Below, in pieces: positions 25,258-35,208 of a stretch of DNA of 64,000 nucleotides. Numbering within the stretch: position 1 is the stretch's first letter; the number at the start of each line of letters is the position of its first letter. The notes under the pieces are model-generated. The model saw nothing but the letters and a program-made list of their open reading frames with translations. It was not told the origin of the DNA and ran no database searches. Source of the DNA: Clostridia bacterium. GTDB taxonomy: Bacteria > Bacillota > Clostridia > Oscillospirales > CAG-272. The stretch spans positions 14,656-78,655 of the forward strand of contig JAFTNJ010000031.1 in the NCBI GenBank assembly GCA_017451915.1. The letters are read 5' to 3'. Position numbers and translations under genes: made by a program.

Positions 25258-26312
25258 AACCCTTTGATGCTTTTTTGCGGGAGCAATGCCGTCGGCATCC
25301 CTCCATGCAACCGCAGGATGTGGCCAAGCTTTGTTATCAGGCGGCCTTTGGGGCCGAGCATTTGCTGAAGGATACCTCAGCGGCACGCCGCTATCTGGAA
25401 CGGGAGCTGGAAACGGTTCCCGCCGATGCCCATGCCGCGTTGATGGAGGAGATTTCCCACGGGATCTGCCGTGTGGATCTGATGGCCTGGAAGCATCGGG
25501 CTCTTCCGGTGGATTGGTTGTTCTCCATGTTTGTGGCCTCGGCCACCGTAGCAACGTCGCATCGCGAGGCGTTGGATGCCTATCTGCAGACCGCCACGGG
25601 TCTGGTAACCGAGGGCGTCTTTGGCTTTTCGGTGACGGAATGGGAGTGCTTTTTGAAGGAATACACCGCGGCGGGCAGGCCGGCGGTGCATCACAGTGAC
25701 CTTTATCGGGAAAAGGAGCGTCCTGCCTATCGCATTGTTCGTAGGGAATACGCAACCCTTTTGCCGCTCTTGGAGCGGGTGGCGCAGATCCAATCGGTCA
25801 AGGGCTCCTGCGTGATCGCCATTGACGGGCGCGCCGCCGCAGGCAAGACCACCCTGGCCGCTCGGCTGCAAACGGTTTTGGGTGTGGACGTGATCCACAT
25901 GGACGATTTCTTTTTGCCTCCCGCCCTGCGTACTCCCGCACGCCTGGGGGAGCCGGGAGGGAATTTGCACTATGAGCGAGTGATGGAGGAGGTGCTGCCG
26001 CATCTTTCCACGGGCGAGGCTTTTTCCTACGGAATCTTTGACTGTGGAACCATGTCGCTCTCGGGGCAACGGGAGATCGCTGCCGCCCCGATCCGTGTGG
26101 TGGAGGGCTCGTACAGCCACCATCCTCGGTTTGGAGATTACGCCGATCTGCGGGTGTTTGTAACCGTGAGCCCCGAGGAGCAGGAACGACGAATCCTTTG
26201 TCGCAACGGCGAGGTGTGGGCACGCCGCTTCCGTGAGGAGTGGATCCCCATGGAGGAACGCTATTTTGAAGCCTTTGATATACCGTCCCGCGCGGATCTG
26301 TCGTTTGCATAA
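25254..26312 (+). CDS. Uridine-kinase-like P-loop protein with an extra N-terminal domain
   Basis: The P-loop reads IAIDGRAAAGKTTLA. It overlaps the upstream gene by ATGA. Confidence 0.5.
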   Translation: MKPFDAFLREQCRRHPSMQPQDVAKLCYQAAFGAEHLLKDTSAARRYLERELETVPADAHAALMEEISHGICRVDLMAWKHRALPVDWLFSMFVASATVATSHREALDAYLQTATGLVTEGVFGFSVTEWECFLKEYTAAGRPAVHHSDLYREKERPAYRIVRREYATLLPLLERVAQIQSVKGSCVIAIDGRAAAGKTTLAARLQTVLGVDVIHMDDFFLPPALRTPARLGEPGGNLHYERVMEEVLPHLSTGEAFSYGIFDCGTMSLSGQREIAAAPIRVVEGSYSHHPRFGDYADLRVFVTVSPEEQERRILCRNGEVWARRFREEWIPMEERYFEAFDIPSRADLSFA

Positions 26313-26356
26313 AAATACCGCAGGCATTGCCATGGCAATGCCTGCGGTTCTTTGTT
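26311..26356. terminator. Bidirectional terminator
   Basis: 30-nt perfect palindrome CCGCAGGCATTGCCA/TGGCAATGCCTGCGG with A- and T-rich flanks. Confidence 0.85.
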
Positions 26357-28018
26357 TTATTCAGCCGAAATAATGAAATCGTAGATGGGCTGTCCGCCGG
26401 GGATCAGGGCGATCTCCGCGTCCTCTCCCAGCTTTTCCTTCAGTGTTTCCACAGCGGCGGCGGCACGGTTCTCGTCCACCTCGGCACCGTAGAACACGGT
26501 GAAGAAGGCGTAGGATGCAAATTCCTCACCAATGGCCGAAAGACAAGCCGATTCCTTATCGGAGGAGCAGAGGATCTTGCCGTCTACCAGCGCCAGGGTC
26601 TGTCCGCTGCTGATCTTTACTCCTTCAATGGAGGTGTCGCGCACGGCGTAGGTGATCTGAGCGGTACGAACCGCGGCAATGGCCTCGTTCATGGAGGCGG
26701 TGTTGGTTGCCTCGTCGGCGTCGGGATTAAAGCCGATCATGGCCGAAATTCCCTGGGGAACGCTCTTGGTTTGCAGTACGATCACCTGCTTATCGGTGAT
26801 CATTTTGGCCGCCTGAACGGCAACCAGATAGATGTTTTTGTTGTTGGGAAGGACGTAAACGATCTCGGCGGGGGTGCGGTTCACGCCGTCAATAATATCC
26901 TGGGTGCTGGGGTTCATGGTCTGACCGCCAAACACGATCTGATCCACGCCAAGATCCAGGAAGGTATCGCGAATTCCCTCGCCCATGCACACGCTGACAA
27001 AGCCGAATTGCTTTTGCGGTGCGGCGGATGCTTCGACGGCGGGCTCGGACGCGGCTTCTACCAGGTCCTCATCGGCCAGAGCCGAGTGTTGCAGACGCAT
27101 ATTTTCCACCTTCAAGGATTCGATCTCACCGTATTCCAGGGCCTTTTCGATCACCTGACCGGGATGGTTGGTGTGTACGTGCAGCTTGATAATGTCCTCG
27201 GCGTCAATGAATACCACGCTGTCGCCAATGGCACCAACGAATTCGTGGAACTCATTTGCCGTGCCTTCGCCGCGATATTTTTTGGATTTGCCAATGATGC
27301 ACTCGGTACAGTAGGCAAATACGATGGAGGAGGTATCAAAATCTGCAAAGTTGGCCTGGTTTTGTACGGCACCGGTCTCCTCCTCGGCAATTACGGGGTT
27401 GCTGTTGAGCGCGGCCAACATACCCGAGATCACAAACAAAAATCCGTAGCCGCCGGCATCTACCACGTTGGCTTCCTTCAGCACGGGGAGCAGCTCGGGC
27501 GTCTTTTTCAAGGTCTCCTCGGCGGTCTTTACCATGGTGGTAAAGAGGTGAATGGGATCATCCTTATAGGAATCCTTGGTGATCTTTTCCTCGGCCTTCT
27601 CGGCGCATGCGCGCATGACCGTGAGAATGGTTCCCTCGGTGGGCTGCATCACGGCCTTGTAGGCCTCGTCGGTACCCCTGCGCAGGGCGCGCACCAGGTC
27701 GGCGGAGCTGGCCTGATCCAAGCCCTTGAGGGCCTTGGCCATACCGCGGAAGAACAGGGAAAGAATGGCACCCGAGTTCCCTCTGGCCGAGCGCAGAACC
27801 GTATTGGCGATCTTGTCGGCGCAGTCCGATACGCTGCCGTCATAATTGGCCAGGGCGCGTACGGCACTCAGGGTCAAAGTCATATTGATACCCGTGTCAC
27901 CGTCGGGAACGGGGAACACGTTCATATTATTGATGGTGGTTTTATTATTATCCAGAGCATTGGCCGCAGAAATGACCATGCCACACAATGTACGTCCGTC
28001 GATTAACATATCCGTCAA
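26357..28018 (-). CDS. fakA: DAK2-domain protein (YloV / fatty-acid kinase FakA-like)
   Basis: The N-terminus reads DGRTL...NVFPVPDGDTGINM and the protein is 553 aa. It lies directly downstream of a DegV gene. The start is TTG 28018, with ATG 28009 as an alternative. Confidence 0.7.
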   Translation of the reverse strand: MTDMLIDGRTLCGMVISAANALDNNKTTINNMNVFPVPDGDTGINMTLTLSAVRALANYDGSVSDCADKIANTVLRSARGNSGAILSLFFRGMAKALKGLDQASSADLVRALRRGTDEAYKAVMQPTEGTILTVMRACAEKAEEKITKDSYKDDPIHLFTTMVKTAEETLKKTPELLPVLKEANVVDAGGYGFLFVISGMLAALNSNPVIAEEETGAVQNQANFADFDTSSIVFAYCTECIIGKSKKYRGEGTANEFHEFVGAIGDSVVFIDAEDIIKLHVHTNHPGQVIEKALEYGEIESLKVENMRLQHSALADEDLVEAASEPAVEASAAPQKQFGFVSVCMGEGIRDTFLDLGVDQIVFGGQTMNPSTQDIIDGVNRTPAEIVYVLPNNKNIYLVAVQAAKMITDKQVIVLQTKSVPQGISAMIGFNPDADEATNTASMNEAIAAVRTAQITYAVRDTSIEGVKISSGQTLALVDGKILCSSDKESACLSAIGEEFASYAFFTVFYGAEVDENRAAAAVETLKEKLGEDAEIALIPGGQPIYDFIISAE

Positions 28019-28882
28019 TTACCTCTCGTTTCCAAAGAAGAATAATGCCAGGGTTCCGGGACCGGAATGGGAGCCGATGACGGGACCAACGTAGTTGATG
28101 TCCACCTGGGGAATCCCCAACTCGGTCTTGATGCGACCGGCCAGGTACTGTGCGTCCTCTATGCAGTCCCCGTGGCTGATATAAACGACCTCGTTGCCGG
28201 TGGAATGCATGGATTTTTTCATGTTGTTGAACATGGTATCAATGGCAGCCTTTCTGCCTCTCGCCTTGGAAACGTTGATCAGCTTGCCCGCGTTGTCCAC
28301 GTGCAGGACCGGCTTGATGTTGAGCAGGGAGCCCACCACGGCGGTGGCGGCGCTGACCCGTCCGCCTCTCTTGAGGAAGAAGAGGTCGTCTACGGTAAAC
28401 CAATGGCAAAGATTGAGCTTGTTATTTTCTACAAAATCACGGACAGCCTCAATCTCGGCACCGCTCTCCTTCAGCTTTACGGCGTGGTAGACCAAAAGAC
28501 CCTGGCCCATGGAGGCGCAGAGGGTGTCCACGGCGTAGAATTTTCGGTCGGGATATTTTCCGCTCAATTCCTCCATAGCCACCGCGGCGGCACTGAAGGT
28601 ACTGCTCAGCCCCGAGGAGAAGCCAAGATACAGCACGTCAAATCCTTCCTCTGCGGCACTTCCAAAGGTTTCCAGGAAGCGTTCAATGTTCACCGCCGAG
28701 GTAGAAGCCGATTTTTTGGCCCGCAGCTTTGCGTAGATCTCTTTGATGTCCAGTCGATCGTTGGGAACGGGAGCCTCTCCCTCCACAATCACGTCGAGCT
28801 GCATGACGCGGAGCCCCAGGGTTTGATACATCTCGGGGGTCAGATCCGCGCAGGAATCGGTAAAAATAACGTAATCTCTCAT
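28019..28882 (-). CDS. DegV-family fatty-acid-binding protein (FakB-like)
   Basis: The product begins MRDYVIFTDSCADL and is DegV-like over its full length. Confidence 0.85.
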   Translation of the reverse strand: MRDYVIFTDSCADLTPEMYQTLGLRVMQLDVIVEGEAPVPNDRLDIKEIYAKLRAKKSASTSAVNIERFLETFGSAAEEGFDVLYLGFSSGLSSTFSAAAVAMEELSGKYPDRKFYAVDTLCASMGQGLLVYHAVKLKESGAEIEAVRDFVENNKLNLCHWFTVDDLFFLKRGGRVSAATAVVGSLLNIKPVLHVDNAGKLINVSKARGRKAAIDTMFNNMKKSMHSTGNEVVYISHGDCIEDAQYLAGRIKTELGIPQVDINYVGPVIGSHSGPGTLALFFFGNER

Positions 28883-28945
28883 AAAAATTAACTCCTTTTT
28901 TGGTCCCGAAACGGGAGATGTGTTGGCGTCAGGATTCGCCCTCTA

Positions 28946-29449
28946 TCAGGATTCTTGCGACGAGGCAGGATCTGCAGGAACAAGAAGCTCTTGCTCGTCC
29001 TCCTCCGCAATGCGCTTTAAGTTGTTGTACATTTTTTCCATGGTGTTGTAAAAAATGATGAGATCGTGCTCGCTGACTCCCTCGCTGACCCGATTCTGGA
29101 TTTCCAATCCTTTTTTGGAAATGCTCAGGGCGAGCTGCTTTCCGCTTTCGGTCAGGGTAATGCGGGAGTTGTAGCTGATTCGCTTACCGCGGGTGTTTTT
29201 TTCCATTTGAATATAGCCGCGGTCCAAAAGGTCTTCAATCTCGCGGGAGATCAAAGAGCGGGAGATCATATTGCGTGAGGCAAGCTCCGAGGCCGTCAAT
29301 CCCTCGGGATGGGTGTGGAGCTCGTAGATCCAGAAAATGTGAACGTTTTTAATTCCAAAGCAGGGAGCAAAGTCGAACTTTAATTTGTTGATGTATTTAC
29401 TGATGGCGTTGATCCGCAGAACAAAAAAAGAAAACCGCTCTTTTATCAT
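28946..29449 (-). CDS. MarR-family transcriptional regulator
   Basis: A winged-HTH region (LTASELASRNMISRSLISREIEDLLDRGYI) is present. Confidence 0.8.
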   Translation of the reverse strand: MIKERFSFFVLRINAISKYINKLKFDFAPCFGIKNVHIFWIYELHTHPEGLTASELASRNMISRSLISREIEDLLDRGYIQMEKNTRGKRISYNSRITLTESGKQLALSISKKGLEIQNRVSEGVSEHDLIIFYNTMEKMYNNLKRIAEEDEQELLVPADPASSQES

Positions 29450-29518
29450 GGGTCGGTTGCATTATCTCCTTATATTTTTCATCGGTTCCCAATAGACATA
29501 CGAACCGATTCTACCCAT

Positions 29519-29547
29519 ATTATAACAGATTCATGTTTACTTGTCAA
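29519..29547 (-). promoter_or_regulatory. Promoter of the marR-degV-dak2 operon
   Basis: TTGACA-N17-(TGt)TATAAT. The inverted repeat ATCGGTTC-N13-GAACCGAT (29481-29509) lies just downstream. Confidence 0.7.
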
Positions 29548-29570
29548 CATATTTTTCAAATTTTCTAATG

Positions 29571-29611
29571 AAAAACGCCTCGATTTTCCATCTTTTTGGA
29601 AAACCGAGGCG
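29571..29611 (-). terminator. murC terminator
   Basis: CGCCTCGGTTTTCC/GGAAAATCGAGGCG hairpin followed by T5. Confidence 0.8.
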
Positions 29612-29623
29612 AAAACATTTGAC

Positions 29624-31024
29624 TTATGGAAAGAGAAAACCGTAGATTTTGTCGATGTCCCCGGCTCCCATGATCAGCACCAGATCTCCCGGGCGTGCCT
29701 CCTCGCGCAGGCGTTTGGCCAGGGCGTCCAATGTGGGGAGGTAGGTGGCGTTGGCTCCCACGGCAAGTGCCAGCCCTTGGGAGCTGACGCCGTATTGGTT
29801 TTGCTCCCGCGCGGCGTAGATATCGGCAAAAAAGACGCGATCCACACCGTCAAAGGCGGTCACAAATTCCTCCCAAAGTCCCGCGGTGCGGCTATACGTA
29901 TGGGGCTGATAGGCACACAGGATCCGTTGATACCCCATCTCGCGAGCCCCCGCCAGGGTGGCCCGGATCTCCCGCGGATGGTGCGCGTAATCGTCGTACA
30001 CGTCGGCACCGCCCAAGGTTCCCTTGAACTCCATGCGGCGGTGCGCGCCTTCAAAGGCAGACAATCCCTCTTGGATGATCTCAAAGGGGATCTCGCACAG
30101 CAACGCCACCGCGGCGGCGGCCAGGGCGTTGTAGACCATGTGCTTGCCGTGGACCTGCAGCTCGACAGTGCCAAGGCGCGTTTGTCCCCGATAGAGCTCA
30201 AAGCGCGTCCCGTAACGGTGGGATTCTATGGCGCGAGCATGGAAATCAGCGTTTGGATCGGTGAGGGAAATGCTTTTGCGATTTCCATCAAAGTCCCGCA
30301 ACGCCAGGCAGGTCTCGGGATCGTCGGCATTGAAAAGAACACAGCCCTCGGGCCCGGTCTTTTTGGCGTAGGCCAGGAAGGAGGCACGGATCTGTTCCAT
30401 GCTGTGAAAATAATCCACGTGGTCCATTTCCACGTTCAAAATCACCGCCAGGGTGGGGGAAAAATCCAGGAAGGAATCCATGTACTCGCATGCCTCAAAA
30501 AGGAAATGCTTTCGGGTGTTACCCACCCGATAGGTGGCGTCCTCAAAGAAGGGGAGGGCGGCACCGCAAAGCACCGTGGGGTCGGCTCCCCGCGCCAGGA
30601 TCGAGGCACACATGGCGGTGCAGGTGCTCTTTCCGTGCATCCCCGCCACGCCGATGCGCACCGGGTAATCCGACATCAGATAGTCCAGATAGTCGGCACG
30701 GGAGATCAGCGGAAGCCCCCGCTCCCGCGCCGCCAGATATTCGGGATTGCTTTCACTGATGGCCACGGTGTAAACGACCGCGTCATAGCCACGGAGATGC
30801 GCGGCGTCGTGCCCCAAAAAGATTTCGGCGTTCTTCTCGCGCAGGGCTCGGGTCAGAGGGCTTTCCCGTTGATCCGAGCCCCCCACGCCGTAGCCGGCCA
30901 ACAGGGAGATCCTGGCCAGTGCCGACATGCTGATGCCGCCAATACCAATGAAAAAGATGCGGCGGCAGGGAAGGAGCATTCGACGGATGCTCTCACTCCC
31001 GTAATGTGTATTTTGAATTGCCAT
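29624..31024 (-). CDS. murC: UDP-N-acetylmuramate--L-alanine ligase
   Basis: FFIGIGGISMSALA and GMHGKSTCTAM motifs. A GGGAGG RBS precedes ATG 31024. Confidence 0.9.
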   Translation of the reverse strand: MAIQNTHYGSESIRRMLLPCRRIFFIGIGGISMSALARISLLAGYGVGGSDQRESPLTRALREKNAEIFLGHDAAHLRGYDAVVYTVAISESNPEYLAARERGLPLISRADYLDYLMSDYPVRIGVAGMHGKSTCTAMCASILARGADPTVLCGAALPFFEDATYRVGNTRKHFLFEACEYMDSFLDFSPTLAVILNVEMDHVDYFHSMEQIRASFLAYAKKTGPEGCVLFNADDPETCLALRDFDGNRKSISLTDPNADFHARAIESHRYGTRFELYRGQTRLGTVELQVHGKHMVYNALAAAAVALLCEIPFEIIQEGLSAFEGAHRRMEFKGTLGGADVYDDYAHHPREIRATLAGAREMGYQRILCAYQPHTYSRTAGLWEEFVTAFDGVDRVFFADIYAAREQNQYGVSSQGLALAVGANATYLPTLDALAKRLREEARPGDLVLIMGAGDIDKIYGFLFP

Positions 31025-31229
31025 ATATGACCTCCCAAAACCCGTAGGGGCTACGTTCCGTGCCCGCACGGCACGTTTTTGAATTTCATAACCAAAGTAT
31101 TTATATTTTTTTAACAAAATATATTCTGCAAGCCGGGAAATTCACAAAAAGATTCCGTTTCCATTGAATAACGGTCACAAAAAAAGATTATAATGATTAC
31201 GGTAGAAATTTACGATTGGAGGATTTCCT

Positions 31230-31529
31230 ATGCAGATTACCGATATTAAAGTGCGAAAATTGTTTGATGAGGGCCCGATGAAGGCCATTATTTCGGTGAC
31301 GTTTGACGGTCAGCTTGCGGTTCACGACATCAAGGTGATCAACGCCAGAGATAAATTTTTCATTGTGATGCCCAGCCGTAAAAATCCGGACGATACCTAT
31401 CGGGATATCGTACATCCCATCAACGCGCAGTTCCGTGGGATGATGGAGTCCGCGATCATCGAGGCCTACGAGGCTGCGGTAGAGCAGGCAAAGCTGGAGG
31501 CGGCAGAGGAAGATCCCGCCACCGTTTGA
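31230..31529 (+). CDS. spoVG: Septation protein SpoVG
   Basis: The product begins MQITDIKVRKL...AIISVTFDG..AVHDIKVI. Confidence 0.9.
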   Translation: MQITDIKVRKLFDEGPMKAIISVTFDGQLAVHDIKVINARDKFFIVMPSRKNPDDTYRDIVHPINAQFRGMMESAIIEAYEAAVEQAKLEAAEEDPATV

Positions 31530-31547
31530 TCCTTTTTGCGGACGCGT

Positions 31548-31580
31548 AAAACGAGTCGACCACCCGGCGGCTCGTTTTTT
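31548..31580. terminator. Bidirectional terminator
   Basis: AAAACGAGTCG/CGGCTCGTTTT hairpin between convergent genes. Confidence 0.7.
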
Positions 31581-31585
31581 GCTTT

Positions 31586-32110
31586 TTATTCACGGGGATC
31601 GCGGTGCAGGCTTCCGTGGGCGAACAGCGGGGCGCCGGCATCCAGGTGAAGCGTGCCAAAGGAGCCTTCCCGCAGACTGCCGGGGTTGAACAGCGTCAAG
31701 GGACGCGTCAGTTCCCCCGCGCCCACCCGAGTTCCCGCGGGGAATGTTTGCTCCAAGGGAAAATGGGTGTGACCGAACAGAACCGCGTCGGCATCCACTT
31801 CTGCGGCGCGCCGTAACAGGGGCCCCAGACCGCCCTTGACCTGATAGGGGTGTCCGTGGGTCATCAAAATACGGTAGCCTTCCAAGCAAAAGCACTCCTC
31901 GTCCCGAAATTCCTCGGGCAGAGAGCGTAGAAAGAGATCGCAATTCCCGCAAACGGCGCGCAGGGGCAGACCGTACAGCTCGGGGATCTGCAGGTCCCGC
32001 AGTCCGTCTCCCAAAAAGAGAAGCAGATCGGGGCGGCGTCGCTGACGGCGGAGCACCTCTGCCAACGCCTCCGTGCGGCCGTGAGAATCCGAAACGATCA
32101 ACAAATCCAA
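31586..32110 (-). CDS. YfcE/MJ0936-family metallophosphoesterase
   Basis: The motifs MDLLIVSDSHG, GDG, MTHGH and GHTH are present. Confidence 0.8.
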   Translation of the reverse strand: MDLLIVSDSHGRTEALAEVLRRQRRRPDLLLFLGDGLRDLQIPELYGLPLRAVCGNCDLFLRSLPEEFRDEECFCLEGYRILMTHGHPYQVKGGLGPLLRRAAEVDADAVLFGHTHFPLEQTFPAGTRVGAGELTRPLTLFNPGSLREGSFGTLHLDAGAPLFAHGSLHRDPRE

Positions 32111-32279
32111 AAGTAACGCCCCCTTCCGTAGCGTACGCCACTCGGGCGTTCTGTTATTATTATAGCACCGAATCGGCAGTTCTGCAAGTCTTCCGGGCAG
32201 AAAAAAGAATCTTTTTCCGCAAAAGCGTCCCTCGAAAAAATATACAAAAAGCCATGGGAAGATTTATGGAAAATGAGAA

Positions 32280-32308
32280 TTGCCATTTTTCGCGGATTGT
32301 GTTATAAT
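32280..32308 (+). promoter_or_regulatory. Promoter
   Basis: TTGCCA-N17-(TGt)TATAAT. Confidence 0.65.
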
Positions 32309-32378
32309 ATTTCTATTAGAGTGGAGGATGCAAAATGGCGTCCTGCCTTAATAAAAATCATACATAAGGAGAACACAC

Positions 32379-34388
32379 ATGAAACGATTGCTTTGCCTTT
32401 TGCTTGCATTCAGCTTTTTGCTGACGATGCTGGTGGCTTGCGGCGGAACCACTCCCGGTGGGGAGGAGGGTGTAACCACCGAAGCCCCCGAGGTTCCCGA
32501 GACCCCCTTGGTCATTGCCGAGAACGGTGCTTCGGAGTTCCGTATCATCTACGACCGCTTGGAGGTTTTGGATGTTGCAACGCTGGAGTCCAAGATCAAG
32601 ACGATGGCCGATAAGATCGAGGAGAACACCGGTGCCAAGGTGAGCCGCGCCAGCACCAACGCCAATACCTACAGCAAGGAGAGCTTTGAGATCCTGGTTG
32701 GTACCACCGGCTACGAGGAAAGCATTGCTGCGGCCAAGGATCTTCGCCTGAAGGATTACAACGTGGTTCGTGACGGCAATAAGATCGTTATCGTTGGCGG
32801 CAGCGCAGACGCCCTGGTAACTGCCATAACCTGGTTCACCAATAAGGTGCTGGACGGCAAGGATGCCTCCACCACCGGTTCTATCGTGTTTACCCAGGAG
32901 CTTGAGCGGGCGTACCGCTTTGGCTACAAGGCCAACAGCCTGGTTGCCGCAGGCGCGGAGCTTAAGGATTTTACTATCGTATATCCCGAGGATTACACCG
33001 CCGCCGAGCATGAGACGGCGTATATCCTTTGTGACTATTTGCAGCAGTACTACGGTTACGTTCTTCCCGTAGCCTCCGACCGCAAGGATCACGATAAGGA
33101 GATCCTCATCGGTAAGACCGCACGTACCACCATTACCGCAGGAACCAACGAGTTCCGCGTAGAGGTTTCCGAGAACAAGGTACAGATCCTGGGCGGCAGC
33201 ACCGTTGCCTACGAGCAGATTCCCCAGTATTTCTACGAGCAGTTCATTCCCCTGGGCAAGGTTTCCAACACCACCCAGGATATGACCACGCTCCTGGAAG
33301 CGCGCAAGGACAGTATTCTCGGTACCACCGGCGATATTCGTATCATCTTCCATAACGTCTACGGCGGAACCACTCCCAGCGAGGGAATCTATACCAATCC
33401 GATTCTCCGTTGGAATCTGGACAGCAACCTGTACGAGGAATACATGGCAGACATTCTTTGCCTGCAGGAATTCAACAACGTCCCCAGAACCGGTGGAGAT
33501 TCCAGCCTTGCCTCCCGCCTGGCAGCCCTTGGCTATAAGGAGGTTCCCACCAACAAGTATGCGGTTAAGATCACCTATAAAAACGGCGATAAGACGCAGG
33601 GCATCAGCAACTTCTCGATTACCGAGGGAGGCGATCAGACCCCCAATACGCCCATTTTCTACAACCCCGAAAAGCTGGAGCTGTTGAACTACGGTGATTA
33701 CGTTTATACCTCCGGCTTGACCGATGCCGAGATCAACTCTCTGTACTCGGTGTACAAGCACAAGCTGGGCACCCGTTACGATAACCCCGCAATCCCCTCC
33801 AGCGCATCCCAGCAGTACTGGGATTACGAGCGCTACAACGATAATATTCGCTACGGCGGCCTTTCCAAGACTACCGTATGGGCCATCTTCAAGGACAAGA
33901 CCACCGGTAAGGTCTTTGCCGTTGCTTCCGTGCATCTGGATCACCAGGACACCTGCTACTCCAACGAACGCCGTGCAAAGCAGGCCATGGAGCTGATGAA
34001 CGAGATCAACACCAAGATCCTGGTTGGCGAGTATGTCAACATTCCCGTGATCTTTGGCGGTGATATCAATACCTGCTACAACCGTGAGGACGGCAAGTAC
34101 AAGAGCACCGGTGCCATTACCAACTTTGAGGCGGCCGGCTACGCCGATGTTCAGACCACGTTTGCCGGCGCCGATCAGGCAAGCTCCTACGGCGGATATG
34201 CAAACTTTGACAGAGATAAGAACTACTTCACCTCCATCGGCTCGAACAGCGGCGACGCCAGCGATTCCATCGACCATTGCCTCTACAAGGGTTCCATTGA
34301 GCCCACCCTGTTCGACGTTGTGGACCACATCTACGGAAGAAGAACCTCCGACCACCTGCCTCTGGTAGTGGATTTCGCGTTCAAGTAA
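32379..34388 (+). CDS. EEP-family lipoprotein with a ~300-aa N-terminal extension
   Basis: Lipobox LVACGG. The C-terminal half carries EEP motifs (IRIIFHNVYG, DILCLQEFN, SDHLPLVVDF). Confidence 0.75.
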   Translation: MKRLLCLLLAFSFLLTMLVACGGTTPGGEEGVTTEAPEVPETPLVIAENGASEFRIIYDRLEVLDVATLESKIKTMADKIEENTGAKVSRASTNANTYSKESFEILVGTTGYEESIAAAKDLRLKDYNVVRDGNKIVIVGGSADALVTAITWFTNKVLDGKDASTTGSIVFTQELERAYRFGYKANSLVAAGAELKDFTIVYPEDYTAAEHETAYILCDYLQQYYGYVLPVASDRKDHDKEILIGKTARTTITAGTNEFRVEVSENKVQILGGSTVAYEQIPQYFYEQFIPLGKVSNTTQDMTTLLEARKDSILGTTGDIRIIFHNVYGGTTPSEGIYTNPILRWNLDSNLYEEYMADILCLQEFNNVPRTGGDSSLASRLAALGYKEVPTNKYAVKITYKNGDKTQGISNFSITEGGDQTPNTPIFYNPEKLELLNYGDYVYTSGLTDAEINSLYSVYKHKLGTRYDNPAIPSSASQQYWDYERYNDNIRYGGLSKTTVWAIFKDKTTGKVFAVASVHLDHQDTCYSNERRAKQAMELMNEINTKILVGEYVNIPVIFGGDINTCYNREDGKYKSTGAITNFEAAGYADVQTTFAGADQASSYGGYANFDRDKNYFTSIGSNSGDASDSIDHCLYKGSIEPTLFDVVDHIYGRRTSDHLPLVVDFAFK

Positions 34389-34411
34389 TTTTCGTAGTGA
34401 ATTTACACACA

Positions 34412-34483
34412 AATCCCCCCGACAGATCAAGTATCCGTCGGGGGGATTCTTATGAGATGCCGCCTTTTGGGCGGCTCTTTTTA
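34412..34483. terminator. Two adjacent hairpins between convergent genes
   Basis: AATCCCCCCGAC/GTCGGGGGGATT and GCCGCC/GGCGGC followed by TCTTTTT. Confidence 0.7.
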
Positions 34484-34496
34484 GGCTTTGAAGGAA

Positions 34497-35147
34497 TCAA
34501 TAATTCTCGGCGTTGATCTCAAAATAGCTCTGGGGATGGGCGCAGGTGGGGCAGAGCTCGGGAGCCTTGGTTCCAACCACGATGTGTCCGCAGTTGCGGC
34601 ATTCCCATACCTTGACCTCGCTCTTTTCAAATACCTGAGCGGTCTCAACGTTTTTGAGCAGAGCGCGGTAACGCTCCTCATGATGCTTCTCAATGGCGGC
34701 CACCAGACGGAACTTTTTGGCAAGCTCTACAAAGCCCTCCTCCTCGGCGGTCTTGGCAAAGCCCTCGTACATATCGGTCCACTCGTAGTTCTCGCCCTCG
34801 GCGGCGTGTGCCAGGTTCTCGGCGGTGTCACCAATGCCGTTCAGCTCCTTGAACCACATCTTGGCGTGCTCTTTTTCGTTTTCGGCAGTCTTGAGGAAGA
34901 GGGCAGCGATCTGCTCAAAGCCTTCCTTCTTTGCCTTGGATGCAAAATAGGTGTATTTGTTGCGTGCCTGGCTCTCACCCGCAAATGCGGCCTCCAGGTT
35001 CTTTTCGGTCTGGGTTCCTGCGTATTTGTTGCTCATGGTCATTTCCTCCAATTTTTCTCCGGTCATTTTACAGCGGGGGCAAACGGCTACGTCACCGTCG
35101 GCTACCTGAAATACCTCGCCGCATACCTTGCATTTGTACTGCTTCAT
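34497..35147 (-). CDS. Rubrerythrin with both N- and C-terminal rubredoxin-like CxxC pairs
   Basis: The N-terminal pair is CKVCG...CPRC. The ferritin-like core has [11 protein letters not shown] and ENEKEH. The C-terminal pair is CRNCGH...CPTC. A GGGAGG RBS precedes ATG 35147. Confidence 0.85.
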   Translation of the reverse strand: MKQYKCKVCGEVFQVADGDVAVCPRCKMTGEKLEEMTMSNKYAGTQTEKNLEAAFAGESQARNKYTYFASKAKKEGFEQIAALFLKTAENEKEHAKMWFKELNGIGDTAENLAHAAEGENYEWTDMYEGFAKTAEEEGFVELAKKFRLVAAIEKHHEERYRALLKNVETAQVFEKSEVKVWECRNCGHIVVGTKAPELCPTCAHPQSYFEINAENY

Positions 35148-35208
35148 TGTAAATCCTCCCTTGTTCTGATGGGGCGACGGGATCCATCGGTTTCCCGCGT
35201 CTACCCTC

